Assembly: GCA_964016885.1 (NCBI GenBank)
Contig: OZ024747.1
Span: forward strand, 92,132,001-92,196,000
DNA length: 64,000 nt
From: Eledone cirrhosa
Lineage: Eukaryota
Direction: 5' to 3'
Both the position numbers and the translations under genes were made by a program. The notes below the pieces were generated by a model. It searched no databases and was not told the DNA's origin. It saw nothing but the letters and a program-made list of their open reading frames with translations. Positions 43,301 through 57,828 of the stretch are shown here, piece by piece (position 1 is the first letter of the stretch; the number at the start of each line of letters is the position of its first letter).

Positions 43301-46300
43301 ACTTTATATGTATAGTGTCACAGACGTGTCAGTGTTCACGTCTACTTTATTTGTATAGTGTCACAGACGTGTCAGTGTTCACGTCTACTTTATATGTATA
43401 GTGTCACAGACGTGTCAGTGTTCACGTGTACTTTATATGTATAGTGTCACAGACATGTCAGTGTTCACGTGTACTTTATATGTATAGTGTCACAGACATG
43501 TCAGTGTTCACGTCTACTTTATATGTATAGTGTCACAGACGTGTCAGTGTTCACGTCTACTTTATATGTATAGTGTCACAGACGTGTCAGTGTTCACGTG
43601 TACTTTATATGTATAGTGTCACAGACATGTCAGTGTTCACGTCTACTTTATATGTATAGTGTCACAGAATTGTCAGTGTTCACATCTACTTTATATGTAT
43701 AGTGTCACAGACGTGTCAGTGTTCACGTCTACTTTATATGTATAGTGTCACAGACGTGTCAGTGTTCACGTCTACTTTATATGTATAGTGTCACAGACGT
43801 GTCAGCGTTCACGTCTACTTTATATATATAGTGTCACAGAATTGTCAGTGTTCACGTCTACTTTATATGTATAGTGTCACAGACGTGTCAGTGTTCAGGT
43901 CTACTTTATATATATAGTGTCACAGACGTGTCAGTGTTCACGTCTACTTTATATGTATAGTGTCACAGACATGTCAGTGTTCACGTGTACTTTATATGTA
44001 TAGTGTCACGGACATGTCAGTGTTCACGTCTACTTTATATGTATAGTGTCACAGACGTGTCAGTGTTCACGTCTACTTTATATGTATAGTGTCTAGACGT
44101 ATAGTGTTCACGTCTACTTTATATGTATAGTGTCACAGACGTGTCAGCGTTCACGTGTACTTTATATGTATAGTGTCACAGACGTGTCAGTGTTCACGTC
44201 TACTTTATATGTATAGTGTCGCGGACGTGTCAGTGTTCACGTCTACTTTATATTATAGTGTCACAGACGTATAGTGTTCACGTCTACTTTATATGTATAT
44301 TGTCACAGACATATAGTGTTCACATCTACTTTATATGTATAGTGTCACAGACGTGTCAGTGTTCACGTCTACTTTATATGTATAGTGTCACATACGTGTC
44401 AGCGTTCACGTCTACTTTATATGTATAGTGTCACAGACGTGTCAGTGTTCACGTGTACTTTATATATATAGTGTCACAAACGTGTAGTGTTCACGTCTAC
44501 TTTATATGCATAGTGTCACAGACGTGTAGTGTTCAGGTCTACTTTATATGTATAGTGTCACAGACGTGTCAGTGTTCACGTGTACTTTATATGTATAGTG
44601 TCACAGACGTGTCAGCGTTCACGTCTACTTTATATATATAGTGTCACAGACGTGTCAGTGTTCACGTTCTACTTTATATGTATAGTGTCACAGACGTATA
44701 GTGTCACAGACGTATAGTGTTCACGTCTACTTTATATGTATAGTGTCACAGACGTGTCAGTGTTCACGTGTACTTTATATGTATAGTGTCACAGACGTGT
44801 CAGTGTTCACGTCTACTTTATATGTATAGTGTCACAGACGTGTCAGTGTTCACGTCTACTTTATATGTATAGTGTCACAGACATGTGAGTGTTCACGTGT
44901 ACTTTATATCTGTAGTGTCACAGACGTGTCAGTGTTCACGTCTACTTTATATGTATAGTGTCACAGACGTGTCAGTGTTCACGTCTACTTTATATGTATA
45001 GTGTCACAGACATGTCAGTGTTCACGTGTACTTTATATCTATAGTGTCACAGACGTATCAGTGTTCACGTCTACTTTATATCTATAGTGTCACAGACGTG
45101 TCAGTGTTCACGTGTACTTTATATGTATAGTGTCACAGACGTATAGTGTTCACGTCTACTTTATATATATAGTGTCACAGACGTGTCAGTGTTCACGTCT
45201 ACTTTATATGTATAGTGTCACAGACGTATAGTGTTCACGTCTACTTTATATGTATAGTGTCACAGACATGTCAGTGTTCACGTCTACTTTATATGTATAG
45301 TGTCACAGACGTGTCAGTGTTCACGTCTACTTTATATGTATAGTGTCACAGACGTGTCAGTGTTCACGTGTACTTTATATGTATAGTGTCACAGACATGT
45401 CAGTGTTCACCTCTACTTTATATGTATAGTGTCACAGACGTGTCAGTGTTCACGTCTACTTTATATATATAGTGTCACAGACGTGTCAGTGTTCACGTCT
45501 ACTTTATATGTATAGTGTCACAGACGTGTCAGTGTTCACGTGTACTTTATATGTATAGTGTCACGGACATGTCAGTGTTCACGTCTACTTTATATGTATA
45601 GTGTCACAGACGTGTCAGTGTTCACGTGTACTTTATATGTATAGTGTCACAGACGTATAGTGTTCACGTCTACTTTATGTTTATAGTGTCACAGACATGT
45701 CAGTGTTCACGTCTACTTTATATGTATAGTGTCACAGACGTGTTAGTGTTCACGTCTACTTTATATGTATAGTGTCACAGACGTGTCAGTGTTCACGTCT
45801 ACTTTATATGTATAGTGTCACAGACGTGTCAGTGTTCACGTCTACTTTATATGTATAGTGTCACAGACGTATAGTGTTCGCGTCTACTTTATATGTATAG
45901 TGTCACAGACGTGTCAGTGTTCACGTCTACTTTATTTGTATAGTGTCACAGACGTGTCAGTGTTCACGTGTACTTTATATATATAGTGTCACAGACATGT
46001 CAGTGTTCACGTCTACTTTATATGTATAGTGTCACAGACGTGTCAGTGTTCGCGTGTACTTTATATGTATAGTGTCACAGACATGTCAGTGTTCACGTCT
46101 ACTTTATATGTATAGTGTCACAGACGTATAGTGTTCACGTCTACTTTATATGTATAGTGTCACAGACGTGTCAGTGTTCACGTGTACATTATATGTATAG
46201 TGTCACAGACGTGTCAGTGTTCACATCTACTTTATATGTATAGTGTCACAGACGTGTCAGTGTTCACATCTACTTTATATGTATAGTGTCACAGACGTGT

Positions 46301-47339
46301 AGTGTTCACGTCTACTTTATATGTATAGTGTCACAGACGTATAGTGTTCACGTCTACTTTATATGTATAGTGTCACAGACGTGTCAGTGTTCACATCTAC
46401 TTTATATATATAGTGTCACAGACGTGTCAGTGTTCACTTCTACTTTATATGTATAGTGTCACAGACGTGTCAGTGTTCACGTCTACTTTATATGTATAGT
46501 GTCACAGACGTGTCAGTGTTCACATCTACTTTATATATATAGTGTCACAGACGTATAGTGTTCACGTCTACTTTATATGTATAGTGTCACAGACGTGTCA
46601 GTGTTCACGTCTACTTTATATGTATAGTGTCACAGACGTGTCAGTGTTCACGTCTACTTTATATGTATAGTGTCACAGACGTGTCAGTGTTCACGTCTAC
46701 TTTATATGTATAGTGTCACAGACGTGTCAGTGTTCACATCTACTTTATATGTATAGTGTCACAGACGTGTCAGTGTTCACGTCTACTTTATATGTATAGT
46801 GTCACAGACGTGTCAGTGTTCACGTCTACTTTATATGTATAGTGTCACAGACGTGTCAGTGTTCACGTGTACTTTATATGTATAGTGTCACAGACGTGTC
46901 AGTGTTCACGTCTACTTTATATGTATAGCGTCACAGACGTGTAGTGTTCACGTCTACTTTATATGTATAGTGTCACAGACGTGTCAGTGTTCACGTCTAC
47001 TTTATATGTATAGTGTCACAGACGTGTCAGTGTTCACGTTCTACTTTATATGTATAGTGTCACAGACGTGTCAGTGTTCACATCTTCTTTATATGTATAG
47101 CGTCACAGACGTGTCAGTGTTCACGTCTGCTTTATATGTATAGTGTCACAGACGTGTCAGTGTTCACATCTACTTTATATGTATAGCGTCACAGACATGT
47201 CAGTGTTCACATCTACTTTATATGTATAGTGTCACAGACGTGTCAGTGTTCACATCTTCTTTATATGTATAGTGTCACAGACGTGTCAGTGTTCACGTCT
47301 ACTTTATATGTATAGTGTCACAGACGTGTCAGTGTTCAC
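37376..47339. repeat. 4,942-bp higher-order tandem duplication within the satellite
   Basis: Markers at 39274/44216 and 39511/44453; private variants (gtctagac, tattatag, 16-bp insert, tctgtag, tacattat) each occur twice at this offset. Confidence 0.9.
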
Positions 47340-50300
47340 ATCTACTTTATATGTATAGCGTCACAGACGTGTAGTGTTCACGTCTACTTTATATGTATAG
47401 TGTCACAGACGTATAGTGTTCACATCTACTTTATATGTATAGTGTCACAGACGTGTAAGTGTTCACGTGTACTTTATATGTATAGTGTCACAGACGTGTC
47501 AGTGTTCACGTGCACTTTATATGTATAGTGTCACAGACATGTCAGTGTTCACGTGTAATTTATATGTATAGTGTCACACACATGTCAGTGTTCACGTCTA
47601 CTTTATATGTATAGTGTCACAGACATGTCAGTGTTCACGTCTACTTTATATATATAATGTCACAGACGTGTCAGTGTTCACGTTCTACTTTATATGTATA
47701 GTGTCACAGACGTATAGTGTTCACGTCTACTTTATATGTATAGTGTCACAGACTTGTCAGTGTTCACGTGTACTTTATATGTATAGTGTCACAGACGTGT
47801 CAGTGTTCACGTCTACTTTATATGTATAGTGTCACAGACGTGTCAGTGTTCAGGTCTACTTTATATGTATAGTGTCACAGACGTGTCAGTGTTCACGTCT
47901 ACTTTATATGTATAGTGTCGCAGACGTGTCAGTGTTCACGTCTACTTTATATGTATAGTGTCACAGACGTATAGTTTTCACGTCTACTTTATATGTATAG
48001 TGTCACAGACATATAGTGTTCACGTCTACTTTATATGTATAGTGTCACAGACGTGTCAGTGTTCACGTCTACTTTATATGTATAGTGTCACAGACATGTC
48101 AGTGTTCACGTGTACTTTATATATATAGTGTCACAGACGTGTCAGTGTTCACGTGTACTTTATATGTATAGTGTCACAGACGTGTAGTGTTCACGTCTAC
48201 TTTATATGTATAGTGTCACAGACGTGTCAGTGTTCACATCTACTTTATATGTATAGTGTCACAGACGTGTCAGTGTTCACATCTACTTTATATGTATAGT
48301 GTCACAGACGTGTCAGTGTTCACATCTTCTTTATATGTATAGTGTCACAGACGTATAGTGTTCACGTCTACTTTATATGTATAGTGTCACAGACGTGTAG
48401 TGTTCACGTCTACTTTATATGTATAGTGTCACAGACGTGTAGTGTTCACGTCTACTTTATATGTATAGTGTCACAGACGTGTCAGTGTTCACATCTTCTT
48501 TATATGTATAGTGTCACAGACGTATAGTGTTCACATCTTCTTTATATGTATAGTGTCACAGACGTGTAGTGTTCACGTCTACTTTATATGTATAGTGTCA
48601 CAGACGTGTAGTGTTCACGTCTACTTTATATGTATAGTGTCACAGACGTGTCAGTGTTCACGTGTACTTTATATGTATAGTGTCACAGACGTGTCAGTGT
48701 TCACGTCTACTTTATATGTATAGTGTCACAGACGTGTCAGTGTTCACATCTTCTTTATATGTATAGTGTCACAGACGTATAGTGTTCACGTCTACTTTAT
48801 ATGTATAGTGTCACAGACGTGTCAGTGTTCACGTCTACTTTATATGTATAGTGTCACAGACGTATAGTGTTCACGTCTACTTTATATGTATAGTGTCACA
48901 GACGTGTAGTGTTCACGTGTACTTTATATGTATAGTGTCACAGACGTGTAGTGTTCACGTCTACTTTATATGTATAGTGTCACAGACGTGTCAGTGTTCA
49001 CGTGTACTTTATATGTATAGTGTCACAGACGTGTCAGTGTTCACATCTACTTTATATGTATAGTGTCACAGACGTGTCAGTGTTCACATCTACTTTATAT
49101 ATATAGTGTCACAGACGTGTCAGTGTTCACATCTACTTTATATGTATAGTGTCACAGACGTGTAGTGTTCACGTCTACTTTATATGTATAGTGTCACAGA
49201 CGTGTCAGTGTTCACGTGTACTTTATATGTATAGTGTCACAGACGTGTCAGTGTTCACGTGTACTTTATATGTATAGTGTCACAGACATGTCAGTGTTCA
49301 CGTGTACTTTATATGTATAGTGTCACAGACGTGTCAGTGTTCACGTGTACTTTATATGTATAGTGTCACAGACGTGTAGTGTTCACGTCTACTTTATATG
49401 TATAGTGTCACAGACGTGTCAGTGTTCACGTGTACTTTATATGTATAGTGTCACAGACGTGTCAGTGTTCACGTCTACTTTATATGTATAGTGTCACAGA
49501 CGTATAGTGTTCACGTCTACTTTATATGTATAGTGTCACAGACGTGTCAGTGTTCACGTGTACTTTATATGTATAGTGTCACAGACGTGTCAGTGTTCAC
49601 GTGCACTTTATATGTATAGTGTCACAGACATGTCAGTGTTCACGTGTAATTTATATGTATAGTGTCACACACATGTCAGTGTTCACGTCTACTTTATATG
49701 TATAGTGTCACAGACATGTCAGTGTTCACGTCTACTTTATATGTATAGTGTCACAGACGTGTCAGTGTTCACGTGTACTTTATATGTATAGTGTCACAGA
49801 CGTGTCAGTTTTCCCGTCTACTTTATATGTATAGTGTCACAGACGTGTAGTGTTCACGTCTACTTTATATGTATAGTGTCACAGACGTGTCAGTGTTCAC
49901 GTGTACTTTATATGTATAGTGTCACAGACGTGTCAGTGTTCACGTGTTCTTTATATGTATAGTGTCACAGACGTGTCAGTGTTCACGTGTACTTTATATG
50001 TATAGTGTCACAGACATGTCAGTGTTCACGTGTACTTTATATGTATAGTGTCACAGACGTGTCAGTGTTCACGTGTACTTTATATGTATAGTGTCACAGA
50101 CGTGTCAGTGTTCACATCTACTTTATATGTATAGTGTCACAGACGTGTCAGTGTTCACATCTACTTTATATGTATAGTGTCACAGACGTATAGTGTTCAC
50201 GTCTACTTTATATGTATAGTGTCACAGACGTGTCAGTGTTCACATCTACTTTATATGTATAGTGTCACAGACGTGTCAGTGTTCACATCTACTTTATATG

Positions 50301-51894
50301 TATAGTGTCACAGACGTGTCAGTGTTCACATCTACTTTATATGTATAGTGTCACAGACGTATAGTGTTCACATCTACTTTATATGTATAGTGTCACAGAC
50401 GTGTCAGTGTTCACATCTACTTTATATGTATAGTGTCACAGACGTATAGTGTTCACGTCTACTTTATATGTATAGTGTCACAGACGTGTCAGTGTTCACA
50501 TCTACTTTATATGTATAGTGTCACAGACGTGTCAGTGTTCACATCTACTTTATATGTATAGTGTCACAGACGTGTCAGTGTTCACATCTACTTTATATGT
50601 ATAGTGTCACAGACGTGTAGTGTTCACGTCTACTTTATATGTATAGTGTCACAGACGTGTCAGTGTTCACGTGTACTTTATATGTATAGTGTCACAGACG
50701 TGTCAGTGTTCACGTGTACTTTATATGTATAGTGTCACAGACATGTCAGTGTTCACGTGTACTTTATATGTATAGTGTCACAGACGTGTCAGTGTTCACG
50801 TGTACTTTATATGTATAGTGTCACAGACGTGTAGTGTTCACGTCTACTTTATATGTATAGTGTCACAGACGTGTCAGTGTTCACGTGTACTTTATATGTA
50901 TAGTGTCACAGACGTGTCAGTGTTCACGTCTACTTTATATGTATAGTGTCACAGACGTATAGTGTTCACGTCTACTTTATATGTATAGTGTCACAGACGT
51001 GTCAGTGTTCACGTGTACTTTATATGTATAGTGTCACAGACGTGTCAGTGTTCACGTGCACTTTATATGTATAGTGTCACAGACATGTCAGTGTTCACGT
51101 GTAATTTATATGTATAGTGTCACACACATGTCAGTGTTCACGTCTACTTTATATGTATAGTGTCACAGACATGTCAGTGTTCACGTCTACTTTATATGTA
51201 TAGTGTCACAGACGTGTCAGTGTTCACGTGTACTTTATATGTATAGTGTCACAGACGTGTCAGTTTTCACGTCTACTTTATATGTATAGTGTCACAGACG
51301 TCTAGTGTTCACGTCTACTTTATATGTATAGTGTCACAGACGTGTCAGTGTTCACGTGTACTTTATATGTATAGTGTCACAGACTTGTCAGTGTTCACGT
51401 GTACTTTATATGTATAGTGTCACAGACGTGTCAGTGTTCACGTGTACTTTATATGTATAGTGTCACAGACATGTCAGTGTTCACGTCTACTTTATATCTA
51501 TAGTGTCACAGACGTGTCAGTGTTCACGTGTACTTTATATGTATAGTGTCACAGACGTGTAGTGTTCACGTCTACTTTATATCTATAGTGTCACAGACGT
51601 GTCAGTGTTCACGTGTACTTTATATGTATAGTGTCACAGACGTGTCAGTGTTCACGTCTACTTTATATGTATAGTGTCACAGACGAGTCAGTGTTCACGT
51701 CTACTTTATATGTATAGTGTCACAGACGTATAGTGTTCACGTCTACTTTATATGTATAGTGTCACAGACGTGTCAGTGTTCACGTGTACTTTATATGTAT
51801 AGTGTCACAGACAATCACTCTTGCTCAAATATCCACAAATATACAATAAATTTCATATTTAAACTCTAATGTCTCTCTACACATATATCTTGAT

Positions 51895-52057
51895 TGGTAT
51901 ATATGTATATATATACATATGTGTGTGTGTGTGTGTGTGTATATGTATGTGTATATATATATATATATATATGTATGTGTATGTATATATATATGTATGT
52001 GTATGTATACATATATATATGTATGTATATATATATAATATAATATTTATATAATAT

Positions 52058-52092
<35 letters not shown>

Positions 52093-52275
52093 TTATACTT
52101 ATATAATATATATATACATATATAATATATATTTATATATATATACATATTTAATATATATTTATATATATATATACATATATAATATATATTTATATAT
52201 ATATACATATATAATGTTTATATATATATACATATATAATATATAATATATATTCATGTATATATACGTATATAC
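51895..52275. repeat. (TG)n/(TA)n microsatellite cluster
   Basis: Read directly. Confidence 0.92.
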
Positions 52276-52289
52276 ACTTAGTCTGGAAC

Positions 52290-53210
<921 letters not shown>

Positions 53211-54715
53211 TAATTACACTTTCAACACAGATTTTTTAAAACTATCTATAATGGGAAATGTTATCGGGATGGAGGCTGTAGACCATCATGAAAGCATATC
53301 TTCATTCTTTCTCTTTTTTTTTATATTTGTTACTATTTTTACTATTATTTAGTTCTTATTGCTCGTTGTCTTGTTGCTGTGTCATATTCCGAGTCCAATA
53401 TAATTGATGCTTGTTTCACTATTTTTGTGCCCCGTTGTTGTTCTTATTGATTTTGCTTGCAAGTGATGGTTGAAGTCCGGTACAGTGTTTATTGGTTTTA
53501 TGGAGGGTCGTGTCAGTGGACAGTGCAACGTACACGAGTAAATATTTTGCAATATATCACATCGTGTTCCTTTAAATACATTCAAGAGAATGACATGTCT
53601 TTATAACCCACGAGGCTCTGAGTACACACCTTACCAGACTTGATAAATACCTACTCAGCTCAGTATCTGTCCGATGTATCTCGTCAATACATCTGAAATA
53701 TGTGTTAAGTTCTTTAAGTTCCCACTTCTCAGTCGACATTTTGCAGATATTGTTGCCATCTTGCATCTAATGGCTTATTGCGATTTATAGCGCAATAACA
53801 TTTTATAGTTATTTGTGTTATTGAGTGTAGTGGGTACATTTGTGGTTGTCTTATTAGTGACACAAGTAGCGGGCGGTTGTGATGCTGCTGTTGTGGCTGA
53901 TATTGTCATTGTTGTTGACAGTAATTCGTAATGCGACCGAACTAACATGCATATTTTACTATTTCTGTACTTCATAGTATTCAAATCATTTTATATTATA
54001 TAGTCTTTTTATCGTGTTGTTGTTGCGAGGTTTGAGGCTGCAGTTATTGTTGTTTTGATTGTTGTGGTCTTTGTTGTTTAATGTTTTTACTGTTAAAATG
54101 GTGCTCTGTAGTGGTAGTTTTTGTTCTAATTATCGATCTTCTTTTTAATGTGTTTGCTGTTGGTATTGCTGTCTATGACCTCACTTGCTGATTATCATTT
54201 GACAAGCATAATGAATACATTTTCCCCTATAAATTAAACATATAAAGAAAAACAAATCGTAAACAAAAACAAATGCAATATAAATGAACGCCGGCATGAA
54301 GATCAGTAGGCAGACATTGTCAGAACCAGGAAAAATGGCAGAGAGCAGACAATTTTCAGAAAATAGATAATAATGGAGAATAAATCCAAAATATTGATCG
54401 ATGTATGAGAGGGAATCTCATAAGCACCTCTTGTAATGATTGACTTAGCATAATTGTTTCCGATGCAAGTAGTACTATACAAATCACACTAGAACCATAT
54501 ATACTAAGTACTAGTTGTATGTAAACGAATACTCAGTAGACAAGTGATGCTCTTCAGTGGTTGATAAAAATCAATCCAGTAAAATCAAAATAGAATTTTA
54601 TAAATGAAATGTATTAGGGGGAAATAAATATATTTTGGTCATTCATTGGAAGACATTCAATATAACGTCTCGTCATAGAGCCACAATATGTTTTATTTTT
54701 ATTATTTGTTTATTA

Positions 54716-55348
54716 AGGTGGATTGGCAGTATCAGTAGAGCGTTGGAGAACATGCATCGTGGCATTGAGTTACGGCCCCCTACATTCTGAGTTCAAATCC
54801 CGCCGAGGTTAACTTTGCCTTTCATCCTTACGGGGTCGATAAAATAAAGTACCAGTCACGCACTAAGGTCGATTTAATCGACTTACCCCTCCCCCAAATT
54901 GCTGGCCTTGTGCCTATATAAGAAACCATTATTTTTATTAAGGTGGATTGGCAGAATCGGTAAAGCGTTGGACAGCATGCTTTGCAGCAAAGAGTTACGG
55001 CCCTTTATGGTTTGAGTTCAAATCCCGCCGAGGTTAACTTTGCCTTTCATCCTTATGGGGTCGATAAAATAAAGTACCAGTAATACACTGGGATGATTTC
55101 TGGCCTTGTGCCAAAAGTAGAAACAATTATTTTTATTAAGGTGGATTGGCAGAATCGCTAGAGCGTTGGACAGCACGCTTTGTAGCATAGAGTTATGGTC
55201 CTTTACGTTCTGAGTTCAAATTCCGCCGAGGTCAATATTGCCTTTCATCCTTACGGGGTCGATAAAATAAAGTACCAGTAATGCACTGGGATAATTGCTG
55301 GCCTTGTACCAGAAGTAGAAACAATTATTTTTTTTTTTTATTAAGGTG
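54716..55348 (+). mobile_element. Head-to-tail trimer of a tRNA-derived SINE (units start at about 54716, 54941 and 55139)
   Basis: Each unit has an A-box-like TGGCAGAATCG, B-box GAGTTCAAATCC, central CTTTGCCTTTCATCCTTACGGGGTCGATAAAATAAAGTACCAG (resembles the Meta-type SINE domain, from memory) and 3' CTGGCCTTGTGCC..AGAAAC with an ATT-rich tail. Confidence 0.9.
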
Positions 55349-55699
55349 TAAAAATTATATTTATATACTGTTGCAACATTGAAGCCACTTAGGCAGCTTT
55401 CTGTGATATGAAGTCATCAGTGAATCAGCTAGATCAAATATATTAAAGAACAGTGGATTTGGGGATAACAATAATTGAACATCTGATGCAGATGTAGATG
55501 CATTTCATGAAGAACTTTTATCACTACATATATTTCTGTCTAGACCAAACAGAAAGCGATGCAACAACAGTAGCAGAAAAGCCCGAAATTACCATTTACA
55601 TGGTATAGCTTAAATAATCTATTTCTTTGATTATAATGACTATTTATTATATGAAATGAATGGATTCAAAAAGGCACTCAATACAAGTGTGAAAGGGAC

Positions 55700-55815
55700 G
55701 TCCTCTGTGGCCGGGCCTGTCTGTCCCGCATTGGTATGAACAGCCACGAGTGTGCCTGCAGTCAACGTGGACTACCCATCATAATATTCGTTCGCGAAGC
55801 CAAGCCAAGCCATGA
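55700..55815 (+). mobile_element. 3' end of an RTE (BovB/AviRTE-like) LINE
   Basis: Translates LCGRACLSRIGMNSHECAC, matching the RTE terminal C..CGR.C.SRIGL.SH.R.C motif, followed by TTCGTTCGCGAAGCCAAGCCAAGCCATGAT, a short tandem tail. Confidence 0.75.
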
Positions 55816-56881
55816 TTTTAACTGTCACAATATCTCCGTGGCACGAGTAGTGAGCAACGTAGAAAACATTCTAAGACAGTAGTTTACACGTGGTAGTCCA
55901 TATAGAGTGAGTTCCAACCCGGTGTAGGATTTGCCTGAAACATCTCCCGGTGTAAATAACACCAGCACAAGTAATGTAACAAATTAGTTCTGCTCACCTA
56001 TTGAACGTTGTAGTGTCCCTGAAATAAATTATGATGAAGAAAATCGAATTGATTCAAAGAAACATCCGAAATAAATAATTCTAGTTTTTGAAACATTCTT
56101 ATTCCAGCATCAGCTTCCACCAAAATATATTAAATTGAAAGCATATTTAGATCCTGCTAACAGTTACCTATTTTTAACATATTTACATTATTCAACGCGA
56201 AGGAAATGTTATCAGATCTTCCTGGCCGGCTAGTCATTCTACAACAAACCAAAATAAACTATATAATTCAGATAGAGAGCCGCCATTCGGTCGCAATGAG
56301 TGGGTTTTACTATGAAGCTTCCCAACTTGTTAGAAATAGCAGCCAAATACCCTTCATATTTTATTTTTCGATATTAAAAACGAAATACATATTCAATAAG
56401 GTAGTTTAAAATAAACTATGCTTTACGAAAGCATGACCATCACGGCGACAACAAATTTTGATCGTAGGTTCTTCAATTCAATAAGCGAGGATTCGGAGCT
56501 AAACAAATGCAACAACGGACATATGAAATGGATTTGGCATTGAAGAGTGCAGAACATATCAAGATTGTTACATACGTCTGTGTATGACTAACAACTATGA
56601 GAGATTCGGAACAATAGATGTGGATATCACTTAATATTTTCTCATTAGTTCTGCGTTTTAGATCTAGTCGATACAACAACAATTGCGAACACAAACAATA
56701 TTTTTCTCTCTTGTGTTCTATTTTTTCTTCAATCTTGGGGCAGTCCGGTCTAATTTTTATAACGATATGGTAGCCCAGCAAATACAGGAAAAGAGATGTC
56801 AACTGCTATTTTAGTTATGCTCAATCTTGATTAGATTTAAAATATTTCAGAAAAGGCTTTTTATTTACCAGGTTAGTATTC

Positions 56882-57179
56882 CAGGTAGAGCTTCTACTTC
56901 TCCGAATTGAGAGACCATACATCCAATACTATGGGCATTTGGTTACAATGTTTCAGGAAAGAATCGCTGGACAGATTTTATGGGCAAAACCAACCGGCAG
57001 GAGACCCAAGGCTAGACCCCGAGTGGGATGATTGGATAACATCCATGAGCTTCGTTGGTCTCGCCTGGTGATCCAGCTAAACTAGTTAGAGACGGTTACT
57101 TCTGACAGTTCCCGCTGGAAGGAGTGTTTGAGGACTCTGCCCCCACGACCCTCTCAGGGATAAGTGGACGAAGAAGAAG
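56882..57179 (+). mobile_element. 5'-truncated RTE LINE (Rex3/Expander-like) 3' end with (GAA)n tail
   Basis: One frame reads QVELLLLRIERPYIQYYGHLVTM...PTGRRPKARPR...RWKECLRTLPPRPSQG* with two internal stops; tail gaagaagaag; candidate TSD AGTATT at 56875 and 57178. Confidence 0.88.
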
Positions 57180-57229
57180 TATTACTATAAATATAATTTT
57201 TCATTAAATTAACAGAATGGCACTTTCAA

Positions 57230-57375
57230 TATGTGTGTAAGTGTACATGTATGTGTACTTGTGCATGTGCGTGGAGAGAAGTGTGTGTGTGTGTGTGTGA
57301 ATGTGTATTTGTGTGTGTGTGCGTGTATTTGTGTACATGTGTGGATGTTTTGCATACGTGTAGGTTTGTGCGTAT
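57230..57375. repeat. Degenerate (TG)n tract
   Basis: Read directly. Confidence 0.85.
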
Positions 57376-57774
57376 GTCAGGTTGTTCTGTACGTTTGCAG
57401 GTAATATGCAATACTGTACAACCTATCAAACCCACCAGGTTACATTACGGGGAAATTTGCTAGTAACCAAGCAGGAGAAACACAACAACAACAAAAGGAT
57501 GGCTGAATCCATTATAGAATCAATGGCCATCTAGCAATAAAGGGGTGTCTTAGAAATTCCGATTAAGACATTCTTTAACATTCGCTATGGCAGTTTTATA
57601 GGAAAGAGTTACTTGGTTATAAAATCCATTACCATTGCTGAGACTAGTATATCGAGAGAGATTCATTGTAGTGTTGGACACGCTGAACCTGTCTCACATT
57701 TGACTCTGACATTGGTGAAAACATATTTTATACTTAGCAGTGGTGGTCATACACGTTCAACGGCAGACAGCTAT

Positions 57775-57779
57775 ATATG

Positions 57780-57828
<49 letters not shown>

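Larger units (their letters stand above)
8271..51812. repeat. Satellite array, about 43.5 kb, roughly 1000 copies of 43-bp monomer ATAGTGTCACAGACGTGTCAGTGTTCACGTCTACTTTATATGT (42-bp variants with GTATAG or GTGTAG)
   Basis: Continuous head-to-tail copies in one orientation; starts after acacaataaa at about 8271 and ends at agtgtcacagac 51812. Copy number is estimated from length divided by 43. Confidence 0.99.

Noticed and set aside
10095-49063. Repeated 61-77 aa ORFs (MYFICIVSQTC...)
   Set aside because: Chance read-through where 42-bp variants skip the TAG stops; mostly GTG starts; useful only as duplication markers.
8271-51812. CRISPR-like array (palindromic repeat of about 43 bp)
   Set aside because: There are no unique spacers, the units are contiguous, no cas genes are present and the context is eukaryotic.
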